The notes below the pieces were generated by a model. That model was given only the letters and a program-made list of their open reading frames with translations. It made no database searches and was not told where the DNA came from. A stretch of 64,000 bases of DNA from Felis catus (taxonomy: Eukaryota): assembly GCF_018350175.1 (NCBI RefSeq), contig NC_058369.1:159836001-159900000 (forward strand), given 5' to 3'. The translations under genes were made by a program, and so were the position numbers. Positions within the stretch are counted from its first letter, which is position 1. Each line of letters starts with the position of its first letter. Of this stretch, positions 24,583 to 37,277 are shown piece after piece.

Positions 24583-25348
24583 GAAGACACATGCTACTAT
24601 ATATTTTTCCTTTTCCTTTTTATCTTAAAGTGTCAAAAAAAGAACAATAAACCACTTTGGTTCTTTCAGAGCAAATTTCTGAAACAAATAGACTTAGTTA
24701 GATTTGAGCATCAACCAATTTAATTGTATCTGAAAGCATAGCAGTACAGATATAGTTTTAATCATTGGATCACACTGTTAAGAACTATTTCCTTTGCTTT
24801 TGGTAAAAAGAAGTTTTTAAGTAGGATTGTGCCTCGAGGTAATTCGGTTTAATTTAACTTATTTTTGTACTAAATTATCCAATTATGTTTCCTTTTCCTG
24901 ATTAGTCTAATTCTTATCAAGGATATATCAGAAACTGTACTAAGTTCTTACTCTCACTGTTTTAAGTAGTTAATGCTCTGTAGTGAAGCTTGATTGAGTT
25001 GGGTATGGATTTTCATTTGGAATATTTTCATACATTGGAGTATTTTTCACATTTGCTAATGTAGAAAAATAAAATTTATTCCAAATATTTAATTTCAAGC
25101 AGTATATACATTCGTGGATCTAAGTGGCACCTAGATTTTGGCCATGTCGTATCACTCAGAGAACCAGCATCTAGACAGCAGGGGTCACCGCATGGATCCA
25201 TCCATGCCAAGTGAATCCAAATGGTTTCCTTCAGCTTTGGGCTTTCAGAAGATCTAATACAGATCTAATAAATGACAAAAGATTGATGAAATGCTAAAAA
25301 CTTACTATTGAACAACATGCATCATCAGCTCTTAAAAGTTCCTAATTA

Positions 25349-25580
25349 GGGGGCATTTGGGTGGCTCAGTCCATGAAGCATCCGACTTCGGCCCAGGTCA
25401 TGATCTCACGGTTCATGGGTTCAAACCCCGCGTCGGGCTCTGTGCTGACGGCTCGGAGACGGGAGCCTGCTTCGGACTTTGTGTCTCCCTCTCTCTCTGC
25501 CCCTTCCTTGCTCATGCTCATGCTCTGTCTCTCTGTCTTTGTCTCTGCCTCACAAAAATAAATGTTAAAAAGTTAAAACA
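25349..25580 (+). mobile_element. SINEC_Fc
   Basis: TSD aagttc(c/t)taattag. Confidence 0.93.
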
Positions 25581-26539
25581 AGTAAGTTCTTAATTAGGAT
25601 AGTAATAGAACCCGTGCTCAGACCCGGATGAGGTGATGTCGCTGCCCGGATTCTTGTCCACTGCTCCTCATGCTTTTTTCTGTTATTCTCCTCATTATCC
25701 TCCTTCACAGGGGGGATATTTTAGCCCACCTGTTGCTTAATGCAAGTGGCCAGTTTTCCATTGTTGACCGAAGTGCACTGATGGTGCAGGGTTATCCGTC
25801 TTTCCTTGCTCAGTGTTCGGATTTCAAGTAACAGTCCTTCATCGGCTATGCTTCTAAGGCTCTAACAATATTTGTTCCTGTGTTCTGCTCTAAGTGCTGG
25901 AGGTTACAGATTCCCCTTCTTCTTAGGCCACATACTTGTGAAGGCTGCCTGTGAATTCGTGGTTCAAGGTATTGTTGTCTCAGGACCTTGCCTCAAGGAC
26001 AGGTTTTACAGATTTCCCTGATTTTTAGTGGGAAGACACCGCCTCCTCACCTTTCGGATACTAAAGAGGAAGGGGGCTGGGTTTTGAAGTCAGCCACACT
26101 TGCCTGGGAATTCTGGGTTCCCCAGGTCCTAGCCGTGTGACCTTAACAATTTACTAAACCAGATGGTGATAGTATGGTGGTTATATTTTCTCCAAGGGGT
26201 TGGTGTTTGGATTAAATGGGATCATTTATTTAGGAGTGCCCCCAAGTCCAGTAGACAGCAAGTTGCTATCTTTCTTCTCCTCCAAGGTTACTTCTGGCCT
26301 TGGACTAACAGCATTCCTTCCCAGGTTGCCTGTGGGGAATTTTCTGTTTATCTATTTCATGCCCACTTACGTGTGGTTTACACTTGCATACTTTATCTTG
26401 AGTGAAAAGAAAAGAAGACCTATCTCTGATCTATTGTCATTAATATTCTTGTGAAAAGTTTGATGTTCATTTCGCAGTTAAATAAATGAATCCTTCCCCA
26501 AATCCTGCTCATTGGCTCAGTGCGCCTATGGCATCCTCG

Positions 26540-26990
26540 TTCCTTTTGGAAAATAATGTGACAGTTTTTATTTTCATAAAAGCAGCGGAAACCGTATTAT
26601 TTTAGGTAGCGTAGCTCAGAGCTTATTGTCAATTTCCAGGGTCACAGATGGGCACACAAGGCATTTTTTCTTGCTCCTTGTGAGCGAAATTACAGAAAAG
26701 AAAAGCACGGTGTCTGTTCAGGTAGGCAGATGGCCAGATGAGGTTCCTATAAGACAGTGTCACGTGTCACCTTATCTACATTGTTATAACTTTCCCATCT
26801 GACAAGACGGTGTCAAGATCTGTTAACGAGATGGCCTCACAAGTATATATTTGAATATTTTATGAAAAGTCATCGTAGCTTTCCATGGATCTGACAGTAA
26901 TTAAATGCATGAGCTCCCAAAGCCCATTTCAGGGGCCACACGTATATATTTTCCCCCTCCAAACACATAACAAGGTGTGCAGGTCACGTC
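26540..26990. promoter_or_regulatory. Candidate enhancer (bHLH E-box and TALE motif cluster)
   Basis: Four CAGATG/CATCTG, one CACGTG, one GATA, about seven TGACA/TGTCA in repeat-free DNA. Confidence 0.35.
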
Positions 26991-27430
26991 ACTGACTTTT
27001 GCAAGGAGAAGGATCATGTTTTCCTTCCTTCTTTCTGAGATTAGCTATTCTGGTCTCCCTGCCCCGGTTCAGCAATGATAGTACCTTGGTACAGCTCGTT
27101 ACTGCACGGGAAATTTCCGTATGATCCTTAAGGGGCATCAGTACAATGGTCTGTAGACACAGCCCATCTCTCTTTTTCACTCTGTCCTTGATTATCAAGG
27201 AATAATTGACTGACCAGCAATCACTCGCTAATGTAATAACGGGCTTTCTCAAATAGAGCAGACTACAGTGAGTGGGCATTTTTTAACAATCTTTTGCTAC
27301 CTTTTGTCCTCACTATTCTAATGTTTGGGGGAGGTGTGGAGATAATGCCTTATCTTACATCAGATGACAGATATCTGTATATATGCTTATTGCATATCAT
27401 TTTTTAAGTTCAGAGTTTTTATGTTTTTTT

Positions 27431-27656
27431 GTTTTTTTTTTAATTTTTTTTTTCAACGTTTATTTATTTTTGGGACAGAGAGAGACAGAGCATGAACGGG
27501 GGAGGGGCAGAGAGAAAGGGAGACACAGAATCGGAAACAGGCTCCAGGCTCTGAGCCATCAGCCCAGAGCCTGACGTGGGGCTCGAACTCACGGATCGCG
27601 AGATCGTGACCTGGCTGAAGTCGGACGCTTAACCGACTGCGCCACCCAGGCGCCCC
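27431..27656 (-). mobile_element. SINEC_Fc, young subfamily
   Basis: About 5 differences from the copy at 1952-2178; TSD tatgttttttt. Confidence 0.97.
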
Positions 27657-28144
27657 TATGTTTTTTTTTTTAATTCTGTACTGAGTAAAAAAGAATCAAT
27701 ATTGAAACCTAGACTTTTTTCCAAGGTAGCTACATTGATGCAGGTATATCTCTCAGTTAACAAATGGTGATGATTTCCATAACACGTCTGTACATTTAAC
27801 ATTCCTCCCTTGGAATTCTCTGGTTATTTGAACTTAAAGACATTAAACGCTCTATTACAATCTTAGAGATTCAAATTCACATTAGCATATTATGGTTTAT
27901 GAGAAGTCAAGAAGCCCAGAGGCTTGTTTAACCTAGCCTGTGTAATCTAGAATTTCCCAAATTTACTTGAGCAGCAAGCTAGCTTTTTGTTTATTTGTTC
28001 TGTTGTTGTTGTGTTGATAATCCCTAGTAACATACAAAGAAAGCAACATTGAGAATCCATGGTATGGAAATCCCAAAGAACATAGAGGGCACGGTGGGAG
28101 GGGGGACATGAACACTTTCTCTGAAAATGGGGGATTTTCAATAA

Positions 28145-28364
28145 TTTTTTAAAACAAAATTTTAATGTTTATTTTTGAGAGAGAGAGAGAGCATGCGAGC
28201 ATGTGGGGGAGGGACAGAGAGAGAGGAAGACACAGAATCCAAAGCAGGCTCCAGGCTCTGAGCTGTCAGCACAGAGCCCGACGTGGGGCTTGACCCCACG
28301 AACCATGAGATCATGACCTGAGTCAAAGTCAGATGCTTAACCGACTGAGCCCCTCAGGCGCCCC
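28145..28364 (-). mobile_element. SINEC_Fc
   Basis: Full reverse element. Confidence 0.93.
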
Positions 28365-28882
28365 TTGAATAAATTCTTTTTAGGATAATACGTTGCTATT
28401 ATGGTTCCCAAGACTATAATAAAACCTGTTAGATAAAACAGTATGAAAAAGCAAAGTTGCTCAAAAGTAGTTAAAAAAAGGATGGCACTCTTTTATGTGG
28501 TGAATTTCCCAGAGTATAACACAATTGATTCATTTCCTATCAGATGTGTGACCTTGGGTAAAAATAACCATATTCTACAAAAATATGGTTTGTATAATCG
28601 GAGTTAGCACCAGGGGCAAAATGAAAGGTGGAGTGAGCCAAAAAAAAAAAAAAAAAGACATGTTCACAGAAGAGAATAAAAAAGGGATTCTTTAATAAAT
28701 CAGTGATATGGATTCCTGTTATTTGTGTAGACAAGCTGGAAAAAATGAAATGAATTAGTAAACGACGGAGCAGCACGCAACAAGGTATGTGTGCATGGCC
28801 CCACCATGAAGATAAATGGTAAATGTCAAATGGCCTTTGTCTCTCTGGCCCTTCCGTTTCTACAATTTACACAGTGATTTAG

Positions 28883-28888
<6 letters not shown>

Positions 28889-28931
<43 letters not shown>
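28889..28931. repeat. (GA)n microsatellite
   Basis: Seen directly. Confidence 0.98.
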
Positions 28932-28934
<3 letters not shown>

Positions 28935-29630
28935 ATGTGACCCCCCAGTCTCACATTCAGTGATGATACGAAGAAATAAGGAGAAATGAAGGTGCACTTC
29001 CATGATGAAACCATGCCCCAAAGCCCCACTCAGGCTTTTTGAGCCAGTGTGTGGAATTTCAAAATATCATATTTAATATTGTGGAAACACGTTGTCCGGC
29101 ATTCGGTTGAGAAGAACACCTGCTTCAAGATTGTAGAATGATTTAGCGGTAGTGTGCCCTAAGAGATGCAGTTATTTGTACTTAACGTGCTTTGAACAGC
29201 AAGGTGGGGTGATTTTGTCTTCCTGAGGCTTCGATGTCTAACTGCTTGAGTATAAATCGAGGCTGCGAATGTGAGCTGTTTGGGGCAGTTTATATCGTAT
29301 TTTTAATTTTACTCTTTTCCTCATAGAGTTCTCTTTATAGGTTTGCTGAGAAGATGAAAAAAGTATATACAGTGCATAACATCATGTCTGGCACATAATA
29401 AGATGTTATTTGCACTAGGTGTTATTATTTTGTCTTGATTGGTTGTACCTGGGAACTCAGGTTAATTTCTGAGCACCCTGTTAAAAGAAAAATGTAAACT
29501 AACTGAAACATATTTAGAAGAGAGAACAGAGACAGCACCTCTATCGTATGAGACATGTTTGATAAAGTCAGAGATGTTAAGACTGAATAATAGACCTGGT
29601 TACCTTCAAGCAGTAATAAAGCCACTTTAA

Positions 29631-29844
29631 ATATTTTTAGTTTATTTATTTATTTTGAGAGAGAGAGAGAGAGAGAGAGGGAGTGGGGAAGGGGCAGAGA
29701 GAGAGGGGGTGAGAGAATCCCAAGCAGGCTCCATGCCGTCAGCACAGAACCCACCATGGGGCTCGATTCCACCATCCATGAGATCATGTCCTGGGCTGAT
29801 ATCAGGAGCTGGATGCTCAGCCAGCTGAGCCACCCAGGCGCCCC
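29631..29844 (-). mobile_element. Can-SINE
   Basis: TSD agtaataaagc. Confidence 0.92.
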
Positions 29845-30375
29845 AGTAATAAAGCAATTTTAGACTGAGTGCACTTGATGACGAGGATGTTTTCGTCATT
29901 GCATAATTTTAGTCTCAGGCACAGAAGCCTCTTTATGATTTGTCAAAGGGAAGATTCAAACCTTGAGTATGAAGGGATTCGAGACCTCTAAGCAGCATTC
30001 GAAACCTGGTAGGTCTCGGTCCTTAAGCAGGCAGAGAGTATTTCCCACACTCGGCTAGCCTTCATTTCTTCCTGCTTTAAAAAAACAAAAACAATAAAAA
30101 GTAACAGTCACTTTTCTTTACAAAACTCAGCGGTATATGTTGCGTGTTTTGTTACCACGGACAGTGCACACACACATATGCACGTACGCGTCTCGTAAAA
30201 TCACTTAAGAATTCCACTCTTCACATAAGGTTGTTTTAACGGGGTCGAGAATGCAGTGTTCATGGTAACTGACTCATGTCACATCTGCTTTAAAAATATT
30301 TGCGGAACAGAAATCTAATTTATTTTTATTATTTATTTGGTGGGTTGGTTGGTGCTTTTGAAAGCCGTAGGAACA

Positions 30376-30586
30376 GGGGTGCCTGGGTGGCTCTGTAGGT
30401 TGGGCGTCCGACTTGGGCTCAGGTCATGATCTCGTGGTCTGTGAGTTTGAGCCCCGCGTCGGGCTCTGTGCTGACGGCCCGGAGCCTGGAGCCTGTTTCA
30501 GATTCTGTGTCTGTCTCTCTCTGCGACCTTCCCCCATTCATGCTCTTTCTCTGTCTCAAAAATAAATAAACGTTAAAAAAAAATTT
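30376..30586 (+). mobile_element. SINEC_Fc
   Basis: TSD aaaagcc(g/a)taggaaca. Confidence 0.94.
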
Positions 30587-30776
30587 AAAAAGCCATAGGA
30601 ACAGTATATAACGGCCTATTTATTGACACAATCGGTCAACTTTTCCTCAGTATTTCTGGGGTTGTTACTTCTGGGCTAAAAACCAAGTGAAGTACACATC
30701 TGCAAACTATCTCATTTCCCCCATTGTTTTTCTTCAGTTTCTCTCTCACATTCCTGCCTCAGAAAGTGATGGGTTT

Positions 30777-30980
30777 GGGGGCACCTAGGTGGCTCAGTCG
30801 GCTAAGCTTCTGCCTTTGGCTGTGGTCTTGATCTCAAGGTTCATGAGTTTGATCCCCACATTGGGGTCTCTGCTGTCAGCGTGGAGCCCGCTTCTGATCC
30901 TCTGTCTCCTTCTCTCTCTGCCTCTCTCTCGCTCTCAAAAATAAATAAAATAGAGAAAAAAATAAAAATGAAAAGAAAAA
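30777..30980 (+). mobile_element. Can-SINE
   Basis: Perfect 16-bp TSD agaaagtgatgggttt at 30761-30776 and 30981-30996. Confidence 0.94.
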
Positions 30981-31257
30981 AGAAAGTGATGGGTTTTGAC
31001 AAAAGGCCAGGGGTAGGCATGAGAAGATAGAATTCCAATAGCCTCAGCCTCTATAAAAACTGTTGGTAAAAAGAACAAATGTTATTCTCTCCAAAAAAAT
31101 CAAACCAGAACGACCCCCCCAAAAAATGTTCACTGACTGTCAACCTTGGTAATACGTTTTCAACCTTAGTATTTCAGAAGAATTTTTTTAAAGCCTGCTC
31201 ACTTGAATAAATGCTTATTTGTGAATATCAATTACTACTTATTTGGAAAGAGATTTT

Positions 31258-31290
31258 TTTTAATTATTTTATTTATTTATTTATTTATTT
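31258..31290 (-). mobile_element. Tail-only retro-insertion with 16-bp TSD
   Basis: tttggaaagagatttt at 31242-31257 and 31291-31306 flanks (TTTA)n; minus-strand target TTT/AAAA. Confidence 0.8.
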
Positions 31291-31589
31291 TTTGGAAAGA
31301 GATTTTAAAGAATGAAATAACAGGACTAATTTAATCATTATCTTAGTACCTTTAAGTAAATATCATGTAAACTGATCTATTAATTTATTCAACTTTTCCA
31401 AAGGAGTGAGATATCAGCAGGGATTTTAATATGGTGGAAAAAGGCCAGGTTGTCAACTTTTGACACTGAAATATGTTATCGGTGGGAGCAAAGTTTGAAT
31501 GGAACGTAGAGAAATTTTATGACCAGAGTCTCTCAGGCAATAAAAAAACTTTCCAAACTCGGTGGAAAAATACTGTACAACTCAAGTTC

Positions 31590-32100
31590 CTAGCAACCAC
31601 ATGGCGGTTAATTCTGACCATTTGGTTTGCGCCCTTTTAACCCATAAATAATGACTGAATGGTTTAAATCTTAACTGTGCAAAGGCTTACGCAACAAAAA
31701 AAGGAAAAAGGGAAGACTGGGGGAGCAGGAGAGGAAAACGAAGACACCCGTAATTGTGATGCGAGCCTGCAGTGTATTCTGTGTACAAATAAACAGGCTT
31801 CAACACCTGCTGATGTGCTGGCATCTGGCTTTGAAAGCCACAAACATCTGTTTGTAATTTGCAGTGGGAAAGGGTGACAGTGAAGAACTGGATACTGTCA
31901 CGGAATACACAGCCTTGTTAAGTCACTGAAAGGATCCACAGGAGAGAGAAGGAATGGATAACCTGAGACATGTGACTCCCAGGCGATCAGGTGATAAGAC
32001 ACCTTGGGTTTTCTTTCCAGGTTGCCATTAATGTTTCCATTTGGAGCCATCATTTATTGGACTTGAAACAGTAGAAAATGCCTTCTGAAGGCAAGCTGCA
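31590..32100. promoter_or_regulatory. Candidate enhancer (E-box, FOX, GATA motifs)
   Basis: CACCTG 31804, CATCTG 31822 and 31845, CAGGTG 31988, AATAAACA 31788, TGATAAG 31992; repeat-free. Confidence 0.3.
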
Positions 32101-32624
32101 TTTAAAAGGGAGGATTTTGCCAACCGGGTAACATTTCTCACATCCGTAGGGGTTAAAAGTTCTCTATAGTTGATACGGATCCCCTAAAGCTATTCGGATT
32201 TGTGTCACCTCCAGTGCCCATGGCCAAGCTGATGGGAGAAGAACCTAGGGGCACTGGCAGAACTCATAGTGGTGTTTGCTCTGAGCCCCAAGGCAGGTCG
32301 GACAGGTTCATCAGTATTCCTGGTTTGTCTCTAAACATCCTGGAACTCTTGTGCAACCTGATTGTTGTTGTGGTTGTGACATTTTAGGCAGTAATTCATC
32401 ATTTTGCTGTGTGTCCACTGACACAAGTACTCATAAGTTCGGTAACTTCTCCAAGGCCCGGAAGTCGGGGAAGACTTTTTCCTGCATTTTAGTTTAAACA
32501 CTGGGTCCTTGGAAGCCCCACTCGCAGTCTCTCTTTACCTTTTCTGCATTCATTTTTCTGAGGATGTCCATGCAAGGGTTCCTCCTTTGGCTGGCCCCCG
32601 AATTCTGGAGTTCCAGAGAGGGGT

Positions 32625-32944
32625 GTTGCCTTAATCCATCCTGGCCACTACAGCAAAGTCCTAGACTGGACAGCTTATGAAAGCTGGTAGACCAGCCTCA
32701 GGATGCCAGTGTGATGGGGGAGGGCCCTCTTCTCTGGCTTGCAGACTTCTGATCCTGCTTTGTCCTTACAGGGTGAGGGATTGCTGTGGGATCTAAATTT
32801 TAGGAGCTTTGATTCCATTCACGAGCGCTCCGCCCTCCTGGCCTAAGCACCTCTCAAAGGCTTCACCTTTTCATGCCGTTGCATTGAGCATTAGGATGAC
32901 CGACGTAAGAATTTGGGGGGGGGGCACACATTCAGACCATAGCA
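32625..32944 (-). mobile_element. MLT1A-like MaLR LTR
   Basis: ctccgccctcctggcctaagcacctctcaaagg...gaatttgggggggggcacacattcagaccatagca. Confidence 0.8.
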
Positions 32945-33122
32945 GCTTGGTAAAATAGTCCATTTATATATTTCTCTGCATGGAGAATGACAATTTTTCT
33001 AGTTTTATATATTTAGTGAATGAAGTAACAATCCTCTGTTACGGTTATTTCTGAATAAAATACTATATTTAGGTAGAAAAATAAACAAAAGAAAGAAAAG
33101 AAAAAAATTAAAGTTACTATTT

Positions 33123-33275
33123 CGGGTCACCTGGGTGTCAGCTCAGGTCACAATCTCACGGTTTGTGAGATTGAGCTGTGTATCGAGCTTTGTGCTGATA
33201 GTGCAGTGGGATCCTCTCTCTCCTTCTCTCTCTCTGCCTCTCCCCCCTTTTCTCTCTTTTTCAAAAAAAAAAAAA
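33123..33275 (+). mobile_element. Internally deleted Can-SINE
   Basis: gggtcacctgggtgtcagctcaggtcacaatctcacgg, (CT)n, A-tail. Confidence 0.85.
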
Positions 33276-33696
33276 GCTATATTTAAATGATTGATAAAAT
33301 CTCCGGATACTCAGGAGGGTTTAGTATGAACGACAATGAATGACAAATCATGGGAGGTCCGTATTAACAACTGCACAGATACACCATTCCAATCAAGCTT
33401 TCATTTGGAATTCCCAAATTAAAATAAAAAAAAATGTTATCTAATATCTGATAATTTTGTCACTTGGCAACATCTGTTTTTGTAAACTTCAAGTTCTGTG
33501 TTTAGCATAGGTACCTGAATTAGATCAGCCTAAATTACTTAACAAATTCTCTTTACATCGTTTTTATTTCATGAAGTGAAGAAGGTAGAGTGGATGCCCT
33601 TGCTAATTACAAACAGAAGGCTGTTATCATGTGACTGGAGGCACAAGGTACATATCTGCTGTGACTTCTGCTTCATTTGCTGTTAGGCTTTACCAG

Positions 33697-33924
33697 TGTT
33701 TTAATTTTTTTAAATGTTTATTTATTTATTTTGAGAGAGAGAGAGACAGAGAGAGAACGAGTGGGGGAGGGGCAGAGAGAGAGGAAAGAGAGAAGAGTCC
33801 CAAGCAGGCTCCACACTGTCAGCACAGAGCCCCATGTGGGGCTTGAACTCATGAAACCGTGAGATCATGACCTGAGCGGAAATCAAGAGTCGGGCGTGCA
33901 ACCGACTGAGCCCCCGGGTGCCCC
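33697..33924 (-). mobile_element. Can-SINE
   Basis: TSD agg(c/t)tttacc. Confidence 0.92.
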
Positions 33925-34024
33925 AGGTTTTACCTTTGTGCTGAGACTAGATTGAGAGCTTCTTGCTGGCATGAAGAGATTTGCAGAAGGCCATCAACAT
34001 ACACATTCTTCAAAGATATATGCT

Positions 34025-34228
34025 GGGGGGCACCTGGGGGACTCAGCTGCTCAAGCCCCCAGCTCGATGTCAGCTTCAGGTCAGGTCATGATCCCAGGGT
34101 CATGGGATCCAGTCCTGTGTTGGGCTTTGCACGGAGTGTGGAGCCTGCATAAGATTCTGTCTCCCTCTGCTCCTCTTCCCCAATCGTGCTCTCTCTCTTT
34201 CTCTCTCTCTAAAAAAAAAAAAAAAAAA
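34025..34228 (+). mobile_element. Older pan-carnivore-type Can-SINE
   Basis: tcaggtcatgatcccagggtcatgggatc...gagcctgcataagattctgtctccctctg. Confidence 0.88.
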
Positions 34229-34625
34229 TGCCGGACTTTGTAAACTAAATTTCTATTTTCTAAGAAGTTAAAAATATAAAGGACTTTGGCTGTGACTCTG
34301 GAATATCATGGTGGCAGTAATTCTGAAGAATCTAACGTTTCTATCAAAATAGCAAAGTTTTCATCTAATGAAGCTTTTAAAATTTGTTTCCTGACAAAAT
34401 GTAAAATAAAAACCCAGCCAATCAGAAAACTTTCAACTAAAAAAAAACAAAAAAGTCTAAATAGATTTTTGGCTGGAGAACATGCCAAAGAAGTTTAGCA
34501 TGTAAAGGTAGAATGGTCAAATAGCATATGGAGGCTGAACGAGATCGATATTTTTCAAGGAATTTCCCCTGCTCATTTAAAAGGCACTAAAAGTTCGAAC
34601 ACAGTAGTACTTAATTTCATTTTTA

Positions 34626-34841
34626 AAAAGTTTCTTTTAATGTTTATTTATTTTTGAGAGACCGAGTGAGAGCAGGGGAGAAACAGAGAGAGAGAGGGAG
34701 AGGGAGACACAGAATCCGAAGCAGGTTCCAGGCTCTGAGCTGCCAGCACAGAGCCTGATGTGGGGCTCGACCCCACGAACTGTGAGATCATGACCTGAGC
34801 TGAAGTCCGACACTCAACCGACTGAGCCACCCAGGTGCCCC
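34626..34841 (-). mobile_element. SINEC_Fc
   Basis: TSD aatttcattttta. Confidence 0.94.
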
Positions 34842-34959
34842 AATTTCATTTTTAATTATGGTGAATACAAGTAAATATTGAATGAATTTTTTATTCACTG
34901 CTTTCAGAAAGTAAAGAGTAAGGTCAGCAATTTTGTTTTTGCGTTTTGCTTAGGACTGC

Positions 34960-35075
34960 TTGGGCGGGGTGGGGACCCTTGCACAGAACTGCGCATGGGA
35001 ACAACATGTACGTGGGGAACCACGCGTTTGGGCGGAGCGGCCACGTCGGATCCCCTGGGGCACATGGGTCCTCAG
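34960..35075. promoter_or_regulatory. Mini CpG cluster with GC boxes
   Basis: 9 CpG in about 90 bp; GGGCGG twice, TGCGCATG, GCCACGTC, TACGTG. Confidence 0.35.
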
Positions 35076-37034
35076 AGGATGCTTCTCTGTGGATTGCACT
35101 TTTCATCTTGTATGTCTGGTTATTAATGATTGTAATACTTTAAGTTATTTGCACCTGATTTCTCTAACCTTGGTTGCTTTGCATAGTTTTAAAGTATTTA
35201 CAAAGAACTTTTTTTGTCTCTTAGGTAATTTTTCAAAGTTATATTTAGGTATATAAAGTTGAGCCCAAACAACTGCGATTTAAGATGCGTAATCTTAATT
35301 GAGTGAAATCATTTCGCCTGGAGCTGCTTTAAATCTCCACTTCCTCCAGTGTTAATTAGTAAGTCGTATTAATTTTTGTTCGGAGAAAAGTTGAGGTATT
35401 AAATATTTAATTTCTCATTATAGAGTTTTGGCTGCTGGGATCCCACACTTGCATCCGAGACAAATGCACGTTGTTTATCCTGTGCTCAGAAAACCACAGC
35501 CTTAAATAAGATACATAAGAATCCATATAAGTTCATTTTGTAAGTGAGGTCCTTACTTGTTTTAAGTAGCATCGTGCTACCTTTTGAAAGTAGAGGAAAT
35601 CCACAGGAGACATAAAGTATTCAGTGTGTTTAAATTTTGTTTCTACTACTCCTACTACCTGTTTATTGAACACTGTAACTAGACATTTATTTACATGCTT
35701 TGTTATGTGGCTATTCCCTAAATATCATTTTATCTCCACTTTGTAAATAAGAATGTTTCCGATTTAGAGAGGTGAAATGCCACTCTCAACATCATCCAGC
35801 CCTTCAGTGGTAAGCACAAGGGTGTAAACTCCACAACTCATACTCTGCAATATGCAACGTATTTATAGCTCTGGCTTTGCTACGTGGTATAGACATCTAG
35901 TAAGCAAGAATTAGTCATATTTTCTTTTTTTTTATCTCTTCTCCTTAAACTCTCCTTTCAGTTATTTCTGTTTCCAAGAGGATGCTTCCTATCACTCTCC
36001 ACATGAGAAAGCCCTTTAAATAATCTTCAACTATGTGTAACAGATGACTTTGCCCTTGAGATCTGTGTCCCCCAAATCACAGCCAAATTGTTTGACTCTA
36101 TTTGCTTATCTCCCAAGTAAATAGTCTAGCTAGTCAAAAACACTGGCTATGATGGCATAAAAAGGATTTCTCCGGATGATTTCATTGCATGTTTGGTCCA
36201 ACAGAGAAATTCCAGGTCTTGAGATATTTTATTTGGAAAAAGAGTCAACACCTGATTTCCTCTCAGAACTTCATAGTTGTCAAATGTTTTCTAAACAAGG
36301 GTTATTTGTGTCCAGTCTCAAATGGTCCTCTTCAAAATCTCATTCCCTGCTGAGCTCTATATAGGAAAGATGTGATAGGATTTATAAATATAAGTAATCA
36401 AACAGCTCCTAGAAATCTTAACGGTGGATTGTATTGATAATATAGCAACCTACACGCAGTGTCTCCTTGACTAATGAGAATGTCAGGATGCAATCACCGC
36501 GGACCTTTTTGTGTGCCAAAATGCCAGCCCACTGAAAAGTTAACATGATGGTAAAGAGGTTTGCAACCCTCCAGAAAGCTCCAGAAAGTGAACAGACGCT
36601 CAACCTTCACGTAAGCGTTCAGATCAAACGGGCGCTCTGTTTGCTGCTGACTACCCACTGGAGACTTCCTCATTCAAAGACACGTCGGTCATCATTGATC
36701 ATCTCACAGATGTGAGCCAGGGAGAACCTAAAAATTACTGTACACGCAAGCTGCTTAATTCGATCCCCTCACGTGAATCTGAGAGGCATCCAAAAAACTA
36801 TGACTGGCATTGAGTGGAAAATAAGATATAGTTTCTGCTACTTCATTATTACATGATGCAAACTAAGTTATTGGCTTGAAAATGACAACTTGCCTGAAAG
36901 TTTCTTAGTCTCTGTAATATGGAAGAAGATAAGCCCTCATTGTTAATCCAGGTTCTGCTGAACCTCTTTCTGATCCTGTTTCCTGCTCTTACTTGCTGCT
37001 TTTAGATGCTCAGAATCCTGCAATTTTAAATCAG

Positions 37035-37059
37035 TTTTTTTTTAAGTTAACTTATTTAT

Positions 37060-37115
<56 letters not shown>

Positions 37116-37277
37116 CACAAGCCAGGGGCAGGGATTGGGCAGAGAGAGAATCTCAAGCAGGCTCTATGCCACCAGTACAGAGCCGGATTCGGGGCTCGAA
37201 GTCACAAACTGTGAGATCGAGACCTAAGCTGAAACCCAGAGTGTGACGCTTCCCAGGCTGAGCCACCCAGGTGCCCC
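37035..37277 (-). mobile_element. Can-SINE with expanded (GA)n
   Basis: TSD agaatcctgc(a/c)atttta. Confidence 0.92.

Noticed and set aside
36590-36643. Possible pre-miRNA hairpin (gaacagacgctc...gggcgctctgttt)
   Set aside because: The stem is only about 12 bp with a large unpaired centre, and no mature miRNA was recognised.
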